A stretch of 63,714 bases of DNA, the filler included, from Octopus bimaculoides (lineage: Eukaryota): assembly GCF_001194135.2 (NCBI RefSeq). It is 4 parts of 4 records of this genome, joined end to end, with 100 filler letters (N's around TTAATTAATTAA, not from the genome) between each part and the next. Parts side by side here need not be neighbours in the genome. Positions count along the whole stretch, not along the records: positions 1 to 20,079 come from NC_068981.1; positions 20,180 to 39,236 come from NC_068983.1; 2 more parts are not named here. One strand, written 5' to 3'. The notes under the pieces were generated by a model. The model made no database searches. It had not been told where the DNA came from and saw only the letters and a program-made list of their open reading frames with translations. Within the stretch, counting starts at the first letter, position 1, and the number at the start of each line of letters is the position of its first letter. Below are positions 12,151 through 25,667 of the stretch, in pieces. A program made the translations under genes and the position numbers.

Positions 12151-12608
12151 TTGGTTTGGCTCAGGTTCAGTCTTATCCCTAGTCGGACTTATGTGGGTAG
12201 CGGGTTACGTGCTTAGAACCCTCCTGATGATCCTTGCTGTCCCTAAGAGACATTCTTTCTCCATGAGCTCTACCAGGCATTTTATTTCAATCTCCTTCAG
12301 CCATTTGTCTACATCTTGGCTTCCTGTTCCCAACGCACCAATTATTAGATGTACAACCTTTACTGTTCGCATCCTTCAAATTCTTCCCATTTCAAACTCT
12401 AAAGGACTGTATTTTTTTTCTTTTGTTTTTCTTCCTCTTTCTTTACAATCCTGGAATCAAACAGGCATGAGGGGTCGATATGTAAGCAACAACATTTTTC
12501 CTTATCTATAATTGTTACGTCCGGTCTATTACTTTCTAACTTCTTGTTTGTTTGAAGAGGAAAATCTCACAAAATCTTAAATTTCTCTGACTCCAGTACC
12601 CTTTCAAC
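12151..12608 (-). mobile_element. 5'-truncated R4/Dong-type LINE (RLE domain, decayed)
   Basis: Minus-strand translation VERVLESEKFKIL*DFPLQTNKKLESNRPDVTIIDKEK...IDPSCLFDSRIVKKEEEK..KYSPL...IIGALGTGSQDVDKWLKEI...CLLGTARIIRRVLST* (stop 12205-12207). Contains the RPD...D...K endonuclease motif; flanked on both sides by (ATT)n. Confidence 0.92.
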
Positions 12609-12613
12609 TATTA

Positions 12614-12657
<44 letters not shown>

Positions 12658-13419
12658 TATTATCATCATCATCATCATCATCATTACTATCATTATTAAG
12701 GCAGTGAACTGTTAGATGCGTTAGCACACCACGGATTAACTTAAGGAGTCACAGTTTAAGATTCAGGGATAGGACAAGAGTTGCGGTTAAGGGTAGGGAT
12801 AGCGTCAGGGTTAGGGTAAAGAAAAGGGGTTTGTGCAAGGGATTATGTTCAAAGGTTAAAGATTAAGTCTGGTGTTACATTCAGATGTGTTGTAATTATT
12901 AGAGAAGGCAGAGGGTAGGGGCTGGGGGTAGATTTTTGACTTTATTTGTTTGAAATATTATCTTATGTGATTAAATTGGGCTGTTATTGATTATGAAGGG
13001 GGAGCAGAGGGTAATAGGAGATAGATCAATATAAAGAGAGAGAGAGAGAGAGGGGAGGGTAGGAGTAAGGTGGTTGGTTCTGGGAGAGGTGAAGTAGAAA
13101 TAAAGAAGGAGAAGGAGAGAAAGAAAGAGAGAAGGAGAGAGAAAGGAGAGAGAGAGGGAGAGAGAGAGAGAGACAAAGGAAGAAAGGAAAAAGGAGAAGA
13201 AAAAAATGATTTTTTTTAACAAAGGGGAAAATAATCCTCACCACCATCACCGCCAGCGCCATCTCCATCATTACCATCATAACCACCACCACCCTCTTCA
13301 TCTTCATCATCACCACTACCACCACCATCATCACCAGCATCATCATTCTACCCGCCTTCATTGCACCTCCACCATCACCACCTCATCCTTACCCCCATGG
13401 CTGTTCAGTGAAAGCGTGT

Positions 13420-13461
<42 letters not shown>

Positions 13462-14204
13462 ATGTCTATGTATGTGTTTGCATATGCATATAGGTGTGTA
13501 AATATGTACACATATGTGTGTGTGTGTGCGCGCGCATGTATGTTCATGTGTGTGTATGTTTATGCGTTTGTGCACATGTGTGTGCATGCAAATGTTTTCT
13601 TATGTGAGCGTATGTGTATGTGTGTGCATGTGTGTGTATATGCACGTGTGTGTGCATGTGTGTGTGTGTGTATGTAATATGATGCAAGTGGGTGTCAGAT
13701 GAAAGCGGAGGAAGTGGATCACTTAACTTTAAAGAACGCTTTAAGTGATTGCACTTTTGACTGCATCAGTTGCACCACTGCACCAGTTGCATCTCACAAA
13801 CACTTCAGGTAATGTTGCACTTATTATAATCCCTTAAAATATTGAATAAATAGGGACCACCACAGAAAATGTCATCTACATTGGCTTCTTATATTATCCA
13901 ATTATGACCACCCCTTCTAACTTTTGAGGTATCTTGTAACTTTTGTTTGTTTCAGCCATTCAGACTGTGGCCATGCTGGGGCACCAGCTTGAAGAATTTT
14001 TAGTTGCATGAATCAACTGCAGTACTTTTTTCTAAGCCTGGTTCCTAGTCTATCAATTTCTTTTGCTGAACTGCTAAGTTATTGGAACACAAACAAACCA
14101 GCACCGGTTATCAAGCAATGAGGTGGAGAACAAACACACACACACACACACACACATCATTATCATCATCATCATCATCATCACATATGTATATATATAT
14201 AGTA

Positions 14205-14362
14205 TATGATGGGCTTCTTTCAGTTTCCATCAACCAAATCAACTCACAAAGATTTGGTTCGCTTGGAGGTTTTAGTAAGAAGACACTTGCCCAAGGTTCC
14301 ATGCAGTGGAACTGAACCCAGAACCATGTGGTTGGGGGGCAAAATTCTTACCACACAGCCAC
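14205..14362 (-). mobile_element. SINE family B
   Basis: gggcttctttcagtttccatc...gacacttgcccaaggttccatgcagtggaactgaaccc...accacacagcc. Confidence 0.88.
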
Positions 14363-14644
14363 ACCAGCCCCCCTTTTTTTCTGTTGTCTGGAATCCTAGC
14401 ATACATAAGGTCAGTCATTGAGTTTCCATGACCAAGATCACATTTCCCCCAAAAAGGATGCAAGGTTTGAAGTCAGTAATTTTTGAGGGGAGGGATTAAA
14501 TCTCTTACATTGACCCTAATATTTCCCTGGTGTTAATCTTATCAACCACAAATTGATTTTGGACCTAGAACATAAAGACCTGGGTCAAATGACACAAAGT
14601 ATTTTGTCCAAAATGCTAAGGATATCGCCAGCTTTCTACTTTAA

Positions 14645-14855
14645 AATTAATAATCCTTTCTAATGTAGGCACAAGGCCTGAAATTGTGGGGGAAGGGGCA
14701 GCCAACCCTGAGAATCAACTGGTATGTACTTTATTGACCCCTAAAGAGGGAAAGGCAAAGTCACCCTTTACAGGAATTGAACTCAAAATATAAAGAGTCA
14801 GAAGGAATTCTGCTAAGCATTTTGTCCAGCATGCTAGCAATTGTGCCAGCTCACC
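14645..14855 (-). mobile_element. SINE family A (diverged)
   Basis: Reverse complement of the head, central domain and aaatttcaggccttgtgcctac tail. Confidence 0.75.
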
Positions 14856-15155
14856 TGGACATTAAATTATGATGATGATGATGGTGGTGGTGGTGGTGGT
14901 GGTGGTGGTGGTAACACTCAAGAATTATTTCTAATGCTGTCACTGCTAACAGGCGTTCAATTTGTGGTTTACCCTAACTGATTGTACAACTAATAGACTG
15001 ATTGAATGAAACCACTGCCTCCTGGACATGTAAGTCCCATTCATTCCATGCATAAATTAACATATATTAGACTCAACATGCTTCCGGTGCAATACTGGGT
15101 TGAGCCTTTTTATCACAAAATGAGCAAAATCCATGTGTGTGTGTACATATATCTA

Positions 15156-15199
<44 letters not shown>

Positions 15200-15701
15200 A
15201 CAACTGAGAGAATAACCAAGATGGGAGGATCAATAGGCATCAAGTACCTCTGGTGGGATAAATATTAAATGTTAAATTTTACTTCGAATTCTCCCGAAGA
15301 AAGCAATTTTTTTTACATTTTATCCTTTTATCCTTGTATTTGTTTCAGTCATTTGACTGCGGCCATGCTGGAGCACCATCTTTAGTCGAACAAACCAACC
15401 CCAGGACTTATTCTTTGTAAGCCTGGTACTGATTCTCCATCAGTGAAACTCAACCCAATTGTATTATGGTTTATACTCCACCACACTTGGAACCTTCCCT
15501 GCATTGGATCTTGAACCTAAAGTCAACCATGGAATATGTACTGAAGTCTATTCTTGTTGACTTCGTGTATACATTGTCTGTTTGGTCGATACTTTTGAAT
15601 TTATGCATAACTGAAAGGGCAAATCCATATTCACCTGAGAATATGGATTTACTGGTAGCTTACAGACGTAAATTTGCAAAGATATGAAAGTAATACTTGT
15701 A

Positions 15702-15827
15702 TATAACGTATGGTGAATTTATGGAAAAAAGTCCCATAAAACTCATCGCTTTAATTAAAAATAGAGGAGACCATTTTTAAATAAATTGATGAGTTTTATG
15801 GGGCTTCTTTCAATAAATTCACCATAC

Positions 15828-15833
<6 letters not shown>
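15702..15833. mobile_element. ~130-bp palindromic MITE in a TA context
   Basis: ~46-bp imperfect TIRs tataa(c/t)gtatggtgaatttat(g/t)gaaa(a/g)aag(t/c)cccataaaactcatc; the right end merges into (TA)n. Confidence 0.8.
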
Positions 15834-15864
<31 letters not shown>

Positions 15865-17102
15865 GCCAGTGCCCCTGGACTGGCTCCTGTGCAGGTGGCA
15901 CGTAAAATACACCATTTTGAGCATGGCCGTTGCCAGTACCATNNNNNNNNNNNNNNNNNNNNNNNNNNNNNNNNNNNNNNNNNNNNNNNNNNNNNNNNNN
16001 NNNNNNNNNNNNNNNNNNNNNNNNNNNNNNNNNNNNNNNNNNNNNNNNNNNNNNNNNNNNNNNNNNNNNNNNNNNNNNNNNNNNNNNNNNNNNNNNNNNN
16101 NNNNNNNNNNNNNNNNNNNNNNNNNNNNNNNNNNNNNNNNNNNNNNNNNNNNNNNNNNNNNNNNNNNNNNNNNNNNNNNNNNNNNNNNNNNNNNNNNNNN
16201 NNNNNNNNNNNNNNNNNNNNNNNNNNNNNNNNNNNNNNNNNNNNNNNNNNNNNNNNNNNNNNNNNNNNNNNNNNNNNNNNNNNNNNNNNNNNNNNNNNNN
16301 NNNNNNNNNNNNNNNNNNNNNNNNNNNNNNNNNNNNNNNNNNNNNNNNNNNNNNNNNNNNNNNNNNNNNNNNNNNNNNNNNNNNNNNNNNNNNNNNNNNN
16401 NNNNNNNNNNNNNNNNNNNNNNNNNNNNNNNNNNNNNNNNNNNNNNNNNNNNNNNNNNNNNNNNNNNNNNNNNNNNNNNNNNNNNNNNNNNNNNNNNNNN
16501 NNNNNNNNNNNNNNNNNNNNNNNNNNNNNNNNNNNNNNNNNNNNNNNNNNNNNNNNNNNNNNNNNNNNNNNNNATATATATATATGTATGAATGTATGAA
16601 TGTATGTATTTATGTATATATATGTATATATACAAATATTCTATAATTATATACATAATTATAATCAGGGGTCAGCTAATTCCTTCGCCACACACCAAAT
16701 TTAGAAATAGGAGTTAAATGCCTTTTTTTACTACCATAAAGATCTCCCAGACAGTAACAGACTTTTTTACATAGGCAAAAAGAAAAAATAATGCCTCCAC
16801 ATGACTCATATTAGCTACATACGCATTTCAAGATTAAAATTAAGTTATATTTACTTACTTATTTCTCATCTTCAGTGCAGTATTTCAAAATATAAATTTG
16901 AGAGTGATTATAATTATGCATATAATTATAGAATATTTGCATCAGTTTACCTAAAATGGTTATTTTTAAAAATAGAAATATTAATATTTCTAAGTCTCTC
17001 TAAAGGAGACTATTTTTAACAAACTGACTACTTGGTAAAATTATTAATTATTAATTATTTAATTGATTAATTAATTAATTTTGCCCTTTTATTATTTCTT
17101 TT

Positions 17103-17224
17103 AGGAAGGGCATCCAGCTGTAGAAACTATGCCAAATCAGATTGGAGCCTGGTGTAGCCATCTGGTTCACCAGTCCTCAGTCAAATCGTCCAACCCATGC
17201 CAGCATGGAAGGCGGACGTTAAAC

Positions 17225-17262
<38 letters not shown>
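17103..17262 (+). mobile_element. 5'-truncated SINE family D
   Basis: Begins at ttaggaagggcatccagctgtagaaac and ends cggacgttaaacgat(gat)n. Confidence 0.9.
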
Positions 17263-17263
<1 letters not shown>

Positions 17264-17639
17264 ATATATATATATATATGCATTTATAGATATACATATA
17301 TGCATACAGTGTGCATGTATCTGTGTGTGTGTGTGTGTTTGTGTGTGTTTGCGTGTGTGTGTTTGATAAAATATATACACGTCGTACTCACAAGCAATCT
17401 GGTGCACCTTTGAAATCAGCTCTTCTCACCTGAACTTGCACCAATATAAATTATATCACATGTTGTTAGCATAATTACACTTTATTACCCCTTTAAATAC
17501 CTGGGTAATACTGCACCTGAATTTTAATGAGGGGAATTTATTCGAACAGATTTAAAGGATTAACAATTTAAGATTATTGTTTCTGCTCCAGTGAATAACA
17601 AATCAGAAATCCCTCAACCCATCCAGCCCTTTCTCCCTC

Positions 17640-17858
17640 AATCCATATACTTATACTCATTCATCTCATTTTCCTTCTCTCTCTCTTTCTCTCTCTCTTT
17701 TCTCTCTCTGTCTATCTATCTATCTATCAAACTATCTTTCTATCTCATCATCATCATCATCATCAGCATCATCGTTTAATGCCTGTCTTCCACACTGGCA
17801 GCTGTTTTTCTATCCATGCATTTTTCTCTGTCTTTCTGTCTTTATCTGTCCGCCTGTT

Positions 17859-17912
<54 letters not shown>

Positions 17913-17916
17913 GCTT

Positions 17917-17956
<40 letters not shown>

Positions 17957-18260
17957 TTGCTCTCTCTCTCTGTCTCTGTCTCTCTCTTTATCTTTCTTAC
18001 TCTCTCTCTCTCTCTGTCTTTCTCTCTGTCTTTCTTACTCTCTCGCTCTCTCTGTCTTTCTCTCTCTCTTTCTTTCTCTCTCTTTCTCTTTCTCTTTCTT
18101 TCTTGCTCTCTCTCTCTCTCTCTCTTTCTTGCTTCCTCTCTCTCTCTCTGTCTTTCTCCCTCTCTCTTTCTCTCTCTCTATCTTTCTTACTCTCTCTCTC
18201 TTTCTTGTTTGCTCCCCCCTCTCTCTCTCTCTCTCTTTACCTTTTGATTCACACACACAC
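17640..18260. repeat. (CT)n-rich low-complexity tract
   Basis: Direct reading; explains the poly-SL ORFs in the track. Confidence 0.95.
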
Positions 18261-20030
18261 ACTTTCCTCTGTCTATTGGTACCTTTACTTGACCCATGCC
18301 TAATTATTCATACGACCTTCCATACGGTTCCACCAAAAAGGAAATCTCTTACCCTCAGATTTCTAGGAATGTCTCACTGCTAGACCCATGACTGCGACTG
18401 ATGCATTATGTAAATTGTATTAACTATTTATTTTATAATATAAATTTGACATGGGTGATTCTTTCTTGTCTTGGGATTCATGGTCAAACAGCTGGGTGGA
18501 ATTGCAGGAAAAATTACACAGATGTGTAGAATGGTCCAGTGGTGATGCTGAGCTTTGTATTTTTCTCATAGCTCCCATGGTTACCAAAATAATCTACTAT
18601 AATAATACTTTTGTGTTTAAGAATGAGAAAGGAAGGGGTGTAGATGAATAAGGAAGGAAGGGGTGATGGATGAATAAGGAAGGAAGGGGTGATGTCATAC
18701 TTGGTAGTGGGATGATGAAAATTGTACGCTGAAAAAATAAATCAAACAGTGTGTCAACTCTGTGTGAATATATCTGTGTGTGTATGTAAAAGGGAGTATG
18801 TGAATGTGTGTGTGTGTATGCATGTGTATGTGTGTGTGTGTGTATGCACACAATGGAAGTGGCATGGTTCATCTTTGTTTAGTATTTGGGTTTATTTTTT
18901 GATTTGGTTGAATACTGGCTGTTTTTTTTTTTTTGTTGGTCAGTTGGGGTTATCTCCGTTCCAAGATGCAGCATTTTCATACGAGTCTTCACNNNNNNNN
19001 NNNNNNNNNNNNNNNNNNNNNNNNNNNNNNNNNNNNNNNNNNNNNNNNNNNNNNNNNNNNNNNNNNNNNNNNNNNNNNNNNNNNNNNNNNNNNNNNNNNN
19101 NNNNNNNNNNNNNNNNNNNNNNNNNNNNNNNNNNNNNNNNNNNNNNNNNNNNNNNNNNNNNNNNNNNNNNNNNNNNNNNNNNNNNNNNNNNNNNNNNNNN
19201 NNNNNNNNNNNNNNNNNNNNNNNNNNNNNNNNNNNNNNNNNNNNNNNNNNNNNNNNNNNNNNNNNNNNNNNNNNNNNNNNNNNNNNNNNNNNNNNNNNNN
19301 NNNNNNNNNNNNNNNNNNNNNNNNNNNNNNNNNNNNNNNNNNNNNNNNNNNNNNNNNNNNNNNNNNNNNNNNNNNNNNNNNNNNNNNNNNNNNNNNNNNN
19401 NNNNNNNNNNNNNNNNGGTGGTGGCTGTGGTGGTGGTGGTGGTGGTGGTGGTGGCGGCAGTGGTGCTAGTGATAGTGGAGGTGTGGCAAAGGTGGAAGTG
19501 GTGGTGGTAGTGATGGTGGTGGTCTATGATGTTGAAGAAGTGAAGTTGAAGTAAAGAGAAGAAATGAAATAAACCATTCTCTGTCTTGAAAACAAGGAAA
19601 CATTTCAGCAAAGATGAAGTAGGGAAGCGGGGGGAGGGAGGAGAATACCAATGTTGGTGCTAAAAGCTAGAAAATTAGTAAAAGTACAAGTTGTACAACT
19701 ACAGCTCTTTGTATAAGCTACACACACACACACACATGATATACATAGATACATACATGTGTGTGTGTGTGTGTATGTCTGTCTCAATACACACATACAC
19801 ACACATACATACACCCATACACACACACATGATATACATATATACATACATGTGTGTGTGTGTGTGTCTGTATGTGTGTATCTCCATTCCTCTCTGTGCA
19901 CCCTTGCAATGTCAAAGGCCTCGCACATTTTCCCTCACTGTCAGACGCATACACCTCATTTGTTGTTCCCTCTCTTGCCTCTATCTTTCATTCTTTTGGT
20001 TTTCCTATAATTTTGAACTTTATATACATA

Positions 20031-20079
<49 letters not shown>

Positions 20080-20179
20080 NNNNNNNNNNNNNNNNNNNNN
20101 NNNNNNNNNNNNNNNNNNNNNNNTTAATTAATTAANNNNNNNNNNNNNNNNNNNNNNNNNNNNNNNNNNNNNNNNNNNN
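20080..20179. other. Artificial 100-bp linker 44N-TTAATTAATTAA-44N (also 39237-39336 and 61202-61301)
   Basis: Three identical layouts; TTAATTAATTAA places stop codons in all six frames. Confidence 0.9.
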
Positions 20180-20182
20180 ATA

Positions 20183-20213
<31 letters not shown>

Positions 20214-20263
20214 TATTTGCACATATAGATACACACGCGTATACACATGTATACATTTGAAAG

Positions 20264-20294
<31 letters not shown>

Positions 20295-20449
20295 ATGCGT
20301 GTGAACGCACGTGTATGCATGCGTGCGTGTATAACTACATGCACACATGATTATAAATAAATGTGTATGTGCATGCATTTATATTCATATATATATATAT
20401 ATACACACATACATACATACATACATACATACATACATACATACATACA

Positions 20450-20480
<31 letters not shown>

Positions 20481-21839
20481 GCATATATATATTAATAGAG
20501 TTTATATGTTCGGAAGTTACGAGACATGTCAATACTTGTAAGCACTTGTTTCGCTTTCAGAATGATAAAGGAGTAAAATGAATGTGTTTCATATTAAAAT
20601 TATATAGAAAGCAACAAGGTTTTCGAATTTTATTAGACGAGTTGTTTGGACCATTAGATGTCATGGTTTTCGAACATGCCAGAAAGATCTTGACATCAAG
20701 TATGACATATGTCTCATTAAACCACAATATCCCATATGCATTGAATCATTATTTTCTCACACAGCGTTTCACTGCAGCTATGATATATGGCTCGACAAAC
20801 TATAGATTGGGAAACTTTACGTAGAACAACTTTCTTATTAGAATGGCCTCATATTTTCCATGAAAACCGACAATGACAGAAGAAATTCATTTCTTTTGCT
20901 GCTGTGATTAGCTCTCGGGTCTTCTGACATCAGTCAAAGGCGAAAATATAAGGGAAAAACTATAATTATTTTCTAGTTTTAACTGAAAAGATGTAGCTTC
21001 CCAAGTCGACAGTGTTTCAAATAAGCTTTGGGTGGTTATAATATAAGAAATTCAATACCAAGGGATTTTTAATTGGTGTATATCACTGCGGTAAATCGTA
21101 AGCAAAATCAAGGGGAAAACAACAAAAAACAACGAAAATACAAAGTATCGATTTTGTATTCTTGTTTGTTTTTTTGTTTGTTTTGTGGCGCCCCCATGAT
21201 TTACTTTGGATGATTTTAAGAATACAAACATTGTTGTTGTCGATGATGATGATGATGATGATGATGACGATGATACGGATGCTATTACTGCTGCTTTGAC
21301 CCGCGCATCTGATCAAAGTTATTTCAGCAAAAATAGAGAGGAAAAAAAAGCACTGCTATTTTGATAGAGATGGATTTGAGGAAAATTTGGTTACTATTAT
21401 TTATCCGATCAAGAGATAGCAGAGAAGCTCATTCGCTGGTTCAGCAATCTAAGCATTCTGAATTAGATGCCTTGTAGTTGGTACTGTGGAATATATTAGA
21501 CCCAGAACTGTGTCCGACAGCCAATTACTGGAAATACCCTGACAAGAGTACACCTGGATCGCTGAATTTAACACTTCTAACAGAAGGAAACTCTATTCAA
21601 GACAAATAAAATCCATCTTGCATAGAAACGCCATCCAAAAAACACCACTGCACCAACGTCAGAGATTCTACATAAAATGCCCAGCCTACTAGAAATAGCA
21701 GCCAAATAATGATATGATTGTTGTTAACACTGTGGTGGTGGGAGTGGTTATGGTGATGGTCTCTATGGTGGTAGTGCTGACAGTTGTGGTGATGGCGATT
21801 GATGCAGTCTTTGCGGTTGGTGATGGTGATGGCGGCGTC

Positions 21840-21899
21840 GGCTGTGGAGACGACGGTGGAGACGACGGTGGAGACGACGGTGGAGACGACGGTGGTAAC

Positions 21900-21930
<31 letters not shown>

Positions 21931-22044
21931 GTGATGATGGTGATGGTGATGACAGTGACAGTTGCGGTGATGGCCGTTGATGATATAGTTATTGTTGCTG
22001 ATGGTGGGATGACGGTGGTGGTGGTGGTGGTGGTGGTGGTGGTG

Positions 22045-22091
<47 letters not shown>

Positions 22092-22110
22092 GTTGTTGTT
22101 GCTGTTGCTC
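21840..22110. repeat. Compound trinucleotide array: 12-bp ggtggagacgac unit, (GAT)n, (GGT)n, (CGT)n, (TGT)n
   Basis: Direct reading. Confidence 0.9.
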
Positions 22111-22643
22111 TTGTTGGTATGGTAGGTATAGTGGTAGCGAAGGCGGTGCCGATATCAATGGTAGAGGGGATTATGCCGGCGCTCGTGCTGGTGAGGAAAC
22201 ATGTGAAATGGCCTTCCGTAATGATAATGTTCTGCTTTTGAAGCGTTTCTGTAATAATTCTTTATATATTTGACTTAGACAATGGGAGAAAGGAAGAAAA
22301 TCAAGAAAACAATAGTTAACACAAATGTTCTCACACGCATACATATACTTACAAATACTCATATATACACACACACACACAAATACACTCACACACATAA
22401 ATACATTCCAGCATCGCATACACGCATACATTCCAGCATTCGCATACACACACACACACACACAAATACATAACCAAAGAAAAACTTAATTTATATTATC
22501 ATGAAAACTGCTTAAAACGTCAAACTTGATATTTCTAAAGTATACACGACACACACGTACACATATATAAGTATGAAAGGATGGATATGAATATATGCGT
22601 GTATATGTGTGTGTTTATGTGTGCGTTTATGTGTGTGTGCGTG

Positions 22644-22679
<36 letters not shown>

Positions 22680-24357
22680 TTATTTGAGTGCTTGGATGTA
22701 TTTGTGTAATAAAGAAATATAGAAAATCTGATGGAGAGAAAAGAGTGACAGAGAGGGACAGAGAAAGAGAGAGAGGAGAGAGAGAGACAGAGACAGAGAC
22801 AGAGACAGAGACAGAGAGAGACAGAGAGAGAGACAGAGAGAGAGAGACAGAGAAATAGGAAAGATTGCGCAGTTTAGGGAAAGGAAAGAGACAGAGTGAT
22901 AAAATAGATATATAGCATGCGAGATATGAAAAGAGTGAAAGGAGAGGATGTTAAGGTTAGTTAAATCTAGAATTGATGAATAACGAAGATAAATTGATCA
23001 AGTGTCAAACTGAATTGAAAATATAAAATTTAAATTATATATACCGCACGGTTTTAAATAGAATTAAAATGCGCAGTGTTACTCAACAATCGGAGGAGAA
23101 TTGTCATAAAATTAGAGTTGTGCTAGTTCTCTAATAAGATAGATTATCTTAACGTAAGAAGCCATGTTCTTTACATACGCGTTCAGAGACAAACCAAGAC
23201 GTCTTTCCTTACATAGGCCCAAGGCGACGCATATAATAGGGTGTACTAGTCTATTAATTATTTCATCAATCCTGTATATGTCAAGACAAAATCAGACAGC
23301 TCCTGCGGGATTTGAACCCAGAAGGTAAAAGAATGAAATTGAATAAGAATGGTGGTGCTTTAGATGAAATCAATAAAGCTATATATGGTAATTTGGTGGC
23401 TAAGATGGTTGCATGGAGGACGAGGTGGTGGTGGATGGTGGTGGATGGTGATGATGATGGTCGTCGTCGTCGTAATGCTGCTACTGAACTGTGATCTTTC
23501 AAAGTGGATATAAACTGAACTTATTTAAAACGTACACGATTCTTCACAGAACAGTACGGATATAAAAATAGTATGAAGGAAACGAAACGAAACGAAATGT
23601 ATTGTAATGATACAAAGCTGTCGTTAACATAAATAACAAAAGAAAGATAAGGATCAATGTAATAGCAACTTTCAGTTTATATATCTTTTTAATATTTTCT
23701 TTTTTTGTTGTTTTCAGGGGGTGGTGTATGGTTTTTATTATTTTTCGTTTTAATGGGTTATTGGGAAAGTAAAAGAGCGGTTAAATATCTGATTTCTACG
23801 ATCGGCACAAGGTCTACGCATTTTCGTTGTGGTTAGACCTCATCAAGGAGTTCTGTTGTCTGAATACCCATCGTCGAAGCATTGCTCTATTTATTACATT
23901 ACAGATCAGGAGGACTATGAGAAGCAGAATCTGCAGATCAACGGCGAAGAATGCCTTGCACATCAACTTTACCTTTCACCTACCCCGAGATCAAGTGAGA
24001 GATTTCAATTTAATCGATTGTGCCCAACCCTCAAATAATATCTGATCGTGCGCTCATGTTAGAAATCCCTATTCTAAGCCAATATTAGATAGAAAGTCAG
24101 ATAGTGAAATAATTAATGAGTAAATGAGTAAGCGATTGAGTGAGTGAGTGAGTGAGTGAGTGAGCGAGTCAGTCAGTCAGTGAATGAGTGATTGAAGGAA
24201 AGAGTGAGGAAAAGTATTCATGCTGATGTATTCGGGGGGAGGCGGGGGTGTGCGCGTGCGAAGTATTACTGAACTGGTAGTCAAAAGATGAGCTAAGGGA
24301 AGTGAATGATGAGAGAATTGTGGATCAGAGGACAGAAGACAAAACAGAAAGCGAGTG

Positions 24358-24401
<44 letters not shown>

Positions 24402-25667
24402 GNNNNNNNNNNNNNNNNNNNNNNNNNNNNNNNNNNNNNNNNNNNNNNNNNNNNNNNNNNNNNNNNNNNNNNNNNNNNNNNNTGGTGGTGGTGGTGGTGG
24501 TGGTGGTGTTGAAGAGGAGGAGAAACAGCAGAGAACGAGGTTAAAAGAATGGAATGTTTTGAGGTCTACATGGTATGAAGTCAGACGTGTTTAGTGTGTT
24601 TGTATATATGTGTGTGTGAGAGAGAGTATGTGTTTCAGTGAGTGAGCGAGTGAGTGCGCGCGCGCGCGTGTGTAGAATACAGAGAAATCTTGAAATATGA
24701 ATCAAGATGAAAGCAATTCAAAAGAAAAGATAACGATGAAAAAAGTAGGGTAAGGAGAGAAAGGATAAGTGATGGAAGAGAAAGAGGTGGGTGGGCGGAG
24801 TGAAGAAAAGAGGTTAAAAAATAGCGTAGTTAAGTGGGACGAGAAAAGAGAGAAAGTGATGAGTGGTTGAGGAGTTGAATTAATAGTTGGGTGAGTAAAG
24901 GAGTGAGTGAGAGGTTGAGCCAGTCATTAAGTAGGTTAGTGACACTAGATGAATGTATGAGTGGGAGGGAAAAATTGGGGGGGGGGAGTTTATGGATGAG
25001 TAAAGGAATCTTTTTTCATTAATGGTTCAGTTAGAGAAAGAAGGCACGCCCATGATCCTTTTGCAGGGCAGCCATGACAGGTAGAAAGAATGGAGGAAGT
25101 TATTCTCAAACCAAAGACATGGCTCAAGCCTGTACAACAGTGTGTACACTGCTAAATGCATGTAGAGGATCTCGTATTTGTGTTAAACCCGAATATGGAT
25201 GAAGTCTACCCCCCAAAATCAAAAACAGTTCTTCAGATGGGGTCCCACAATTTCCATCCGTCAAATTTCAGTCACAAGGCTTCTGATGAGCCGTGGCTAT
25301 TGCAGAAGATATATACTCAATGAGCTGTGCAGTGCTATTATAACCGAAACCACGTTGATACGAAGCGAACTTTTTAAATATACAGCCTTGCCCACAATCA
25401 AAGAAGTAAGTATGCTATAAGTACCAATTATTTTGACCAATTATTTTGACAACATTATAGTTGATACTCTAGAGGGTCAAATAGGCTTATTATTAAAAAA
25501 ATGAAAGATTTTTTGTTTCTTTTTTTACTTTTTCTTTGAAATCACTACATTATTCGATGTGTCCTCTTTCTTTTTTGTAGACGTAAGTGATTTTAGGAAG
25601 ATCTGGCTATTATTTTTGCAAGTCGATCGACCACATAGAGATCCATTATTTGTTCAATAGTATTATC

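Noticed and set aside
16667-16800. hAT-like terminus CAGGGGTC
   Set aside because: No matching second TIR or TSD found.
18346-18600. Minus-strand AGG|GTAAGA donor and short open frames
   Set aside because: All three frames upstream of the donor contain stops, and the neighbouring ORFs have no homology.
25060-25205. Plus-strand acceptor with a Kozak ATG and a 42-aa ORF (MTGRKNGG...)
   Set aside because: Phase-incompatible with the 23905-23994 candidate and no homology recognised.
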